NCBI GenBank assembly: GCA_041694815.1
Contig: JBGFSC010000011.1
Location: 1-35,279, forward strand
Reading direction: 5' to 3'
Source: Elusimicrobiota bacterium
Lineage (GTDB): Bacteria; Elusimicrobiota; Elusimicrobia; UBA1565; JACRDR01
Length of the DNA stretch: 35,279 nucleotides
Of the stretch, positions 35,098-35,279 are shown in pieces (the first letter of the stretch is position 1; each line of letters begins with the position of its first letter). A model generated the notes under the pieces. It was given only the letters and a program-made list of their open reading frames with translations, was not told where the DNA came from and did not search any database. A program made the translations under genes and the position numbers.

Positions 35098-35279
35098 CTA
35101 AACATCGATTTTTTGCCCCATCTTTTTGGCGGCGCTAAAAATCACGCTCATCGGACATGCTTCGAGGAGAAGCTCGACCACAGCTACGGTTCTGTTGAGG
35201 ACGTCGGGCACATCGTTACCAGCTAACGAACGCTGAAGCAGGCTAAAGTCGAAGGGATAGTGATCTAAAAGCACGGGAG
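35098..35279 (-). CDS. Possible 3' end of a gene entering from the right edge
   Basis: One minus frame is open for 59 codons from the window edge (PVLLDHYPF...KKMGQKIDV*) to TAG at 35100->35098. No recognisable family. Confidence 0.35.
   Translation of the reverse strand, partial: PVLLDHYPFDFSLLQRSLAGNDVPDVLNRTVAVVELLLEACPMSVIFSAAKKMGQKIDV

Overview
GC-rich bacterial chromosome segment from a diderm (it encodes an LptD-like protein). The gene style suggests Elusimicrobiota, but that is inference only. The backbone is housekeeping: mltA-namZ, smc, trxA-tlpA-polA-rhomboid-coaE-rho, mgtE, rpmE-prfA-prmC, murA-folC-ROK-lptD and rfbA-epimerase-rfbB-tdk. Accessory secreted-protein genes are interleaved, and the window is bounded by an IS4-family left end (1-120) and a WD40 gene plus two toxin-antitoxin pairs on the right. 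The most interesting signal is regulatory. A 14-bp quasi-palindromic box (RGGNC-N4-GNCCY) sits exactly 23-24 bp upstream of a -10 hexamer (centre about -42.5, a class II activator position) in five promoters. All five drive accessory secreted-protein genes, mostly as leaderless mRNAs, and the box is absent at that position in the housekeeping promoters I checked. Other findings: widespread leaderless promoters, an uncalled 59-aa ORF, a candidate RNA-OUT-like antisense hairpin RNA in the IS end, REP/REPIN-like palindromes and a shortened SMC hinge.
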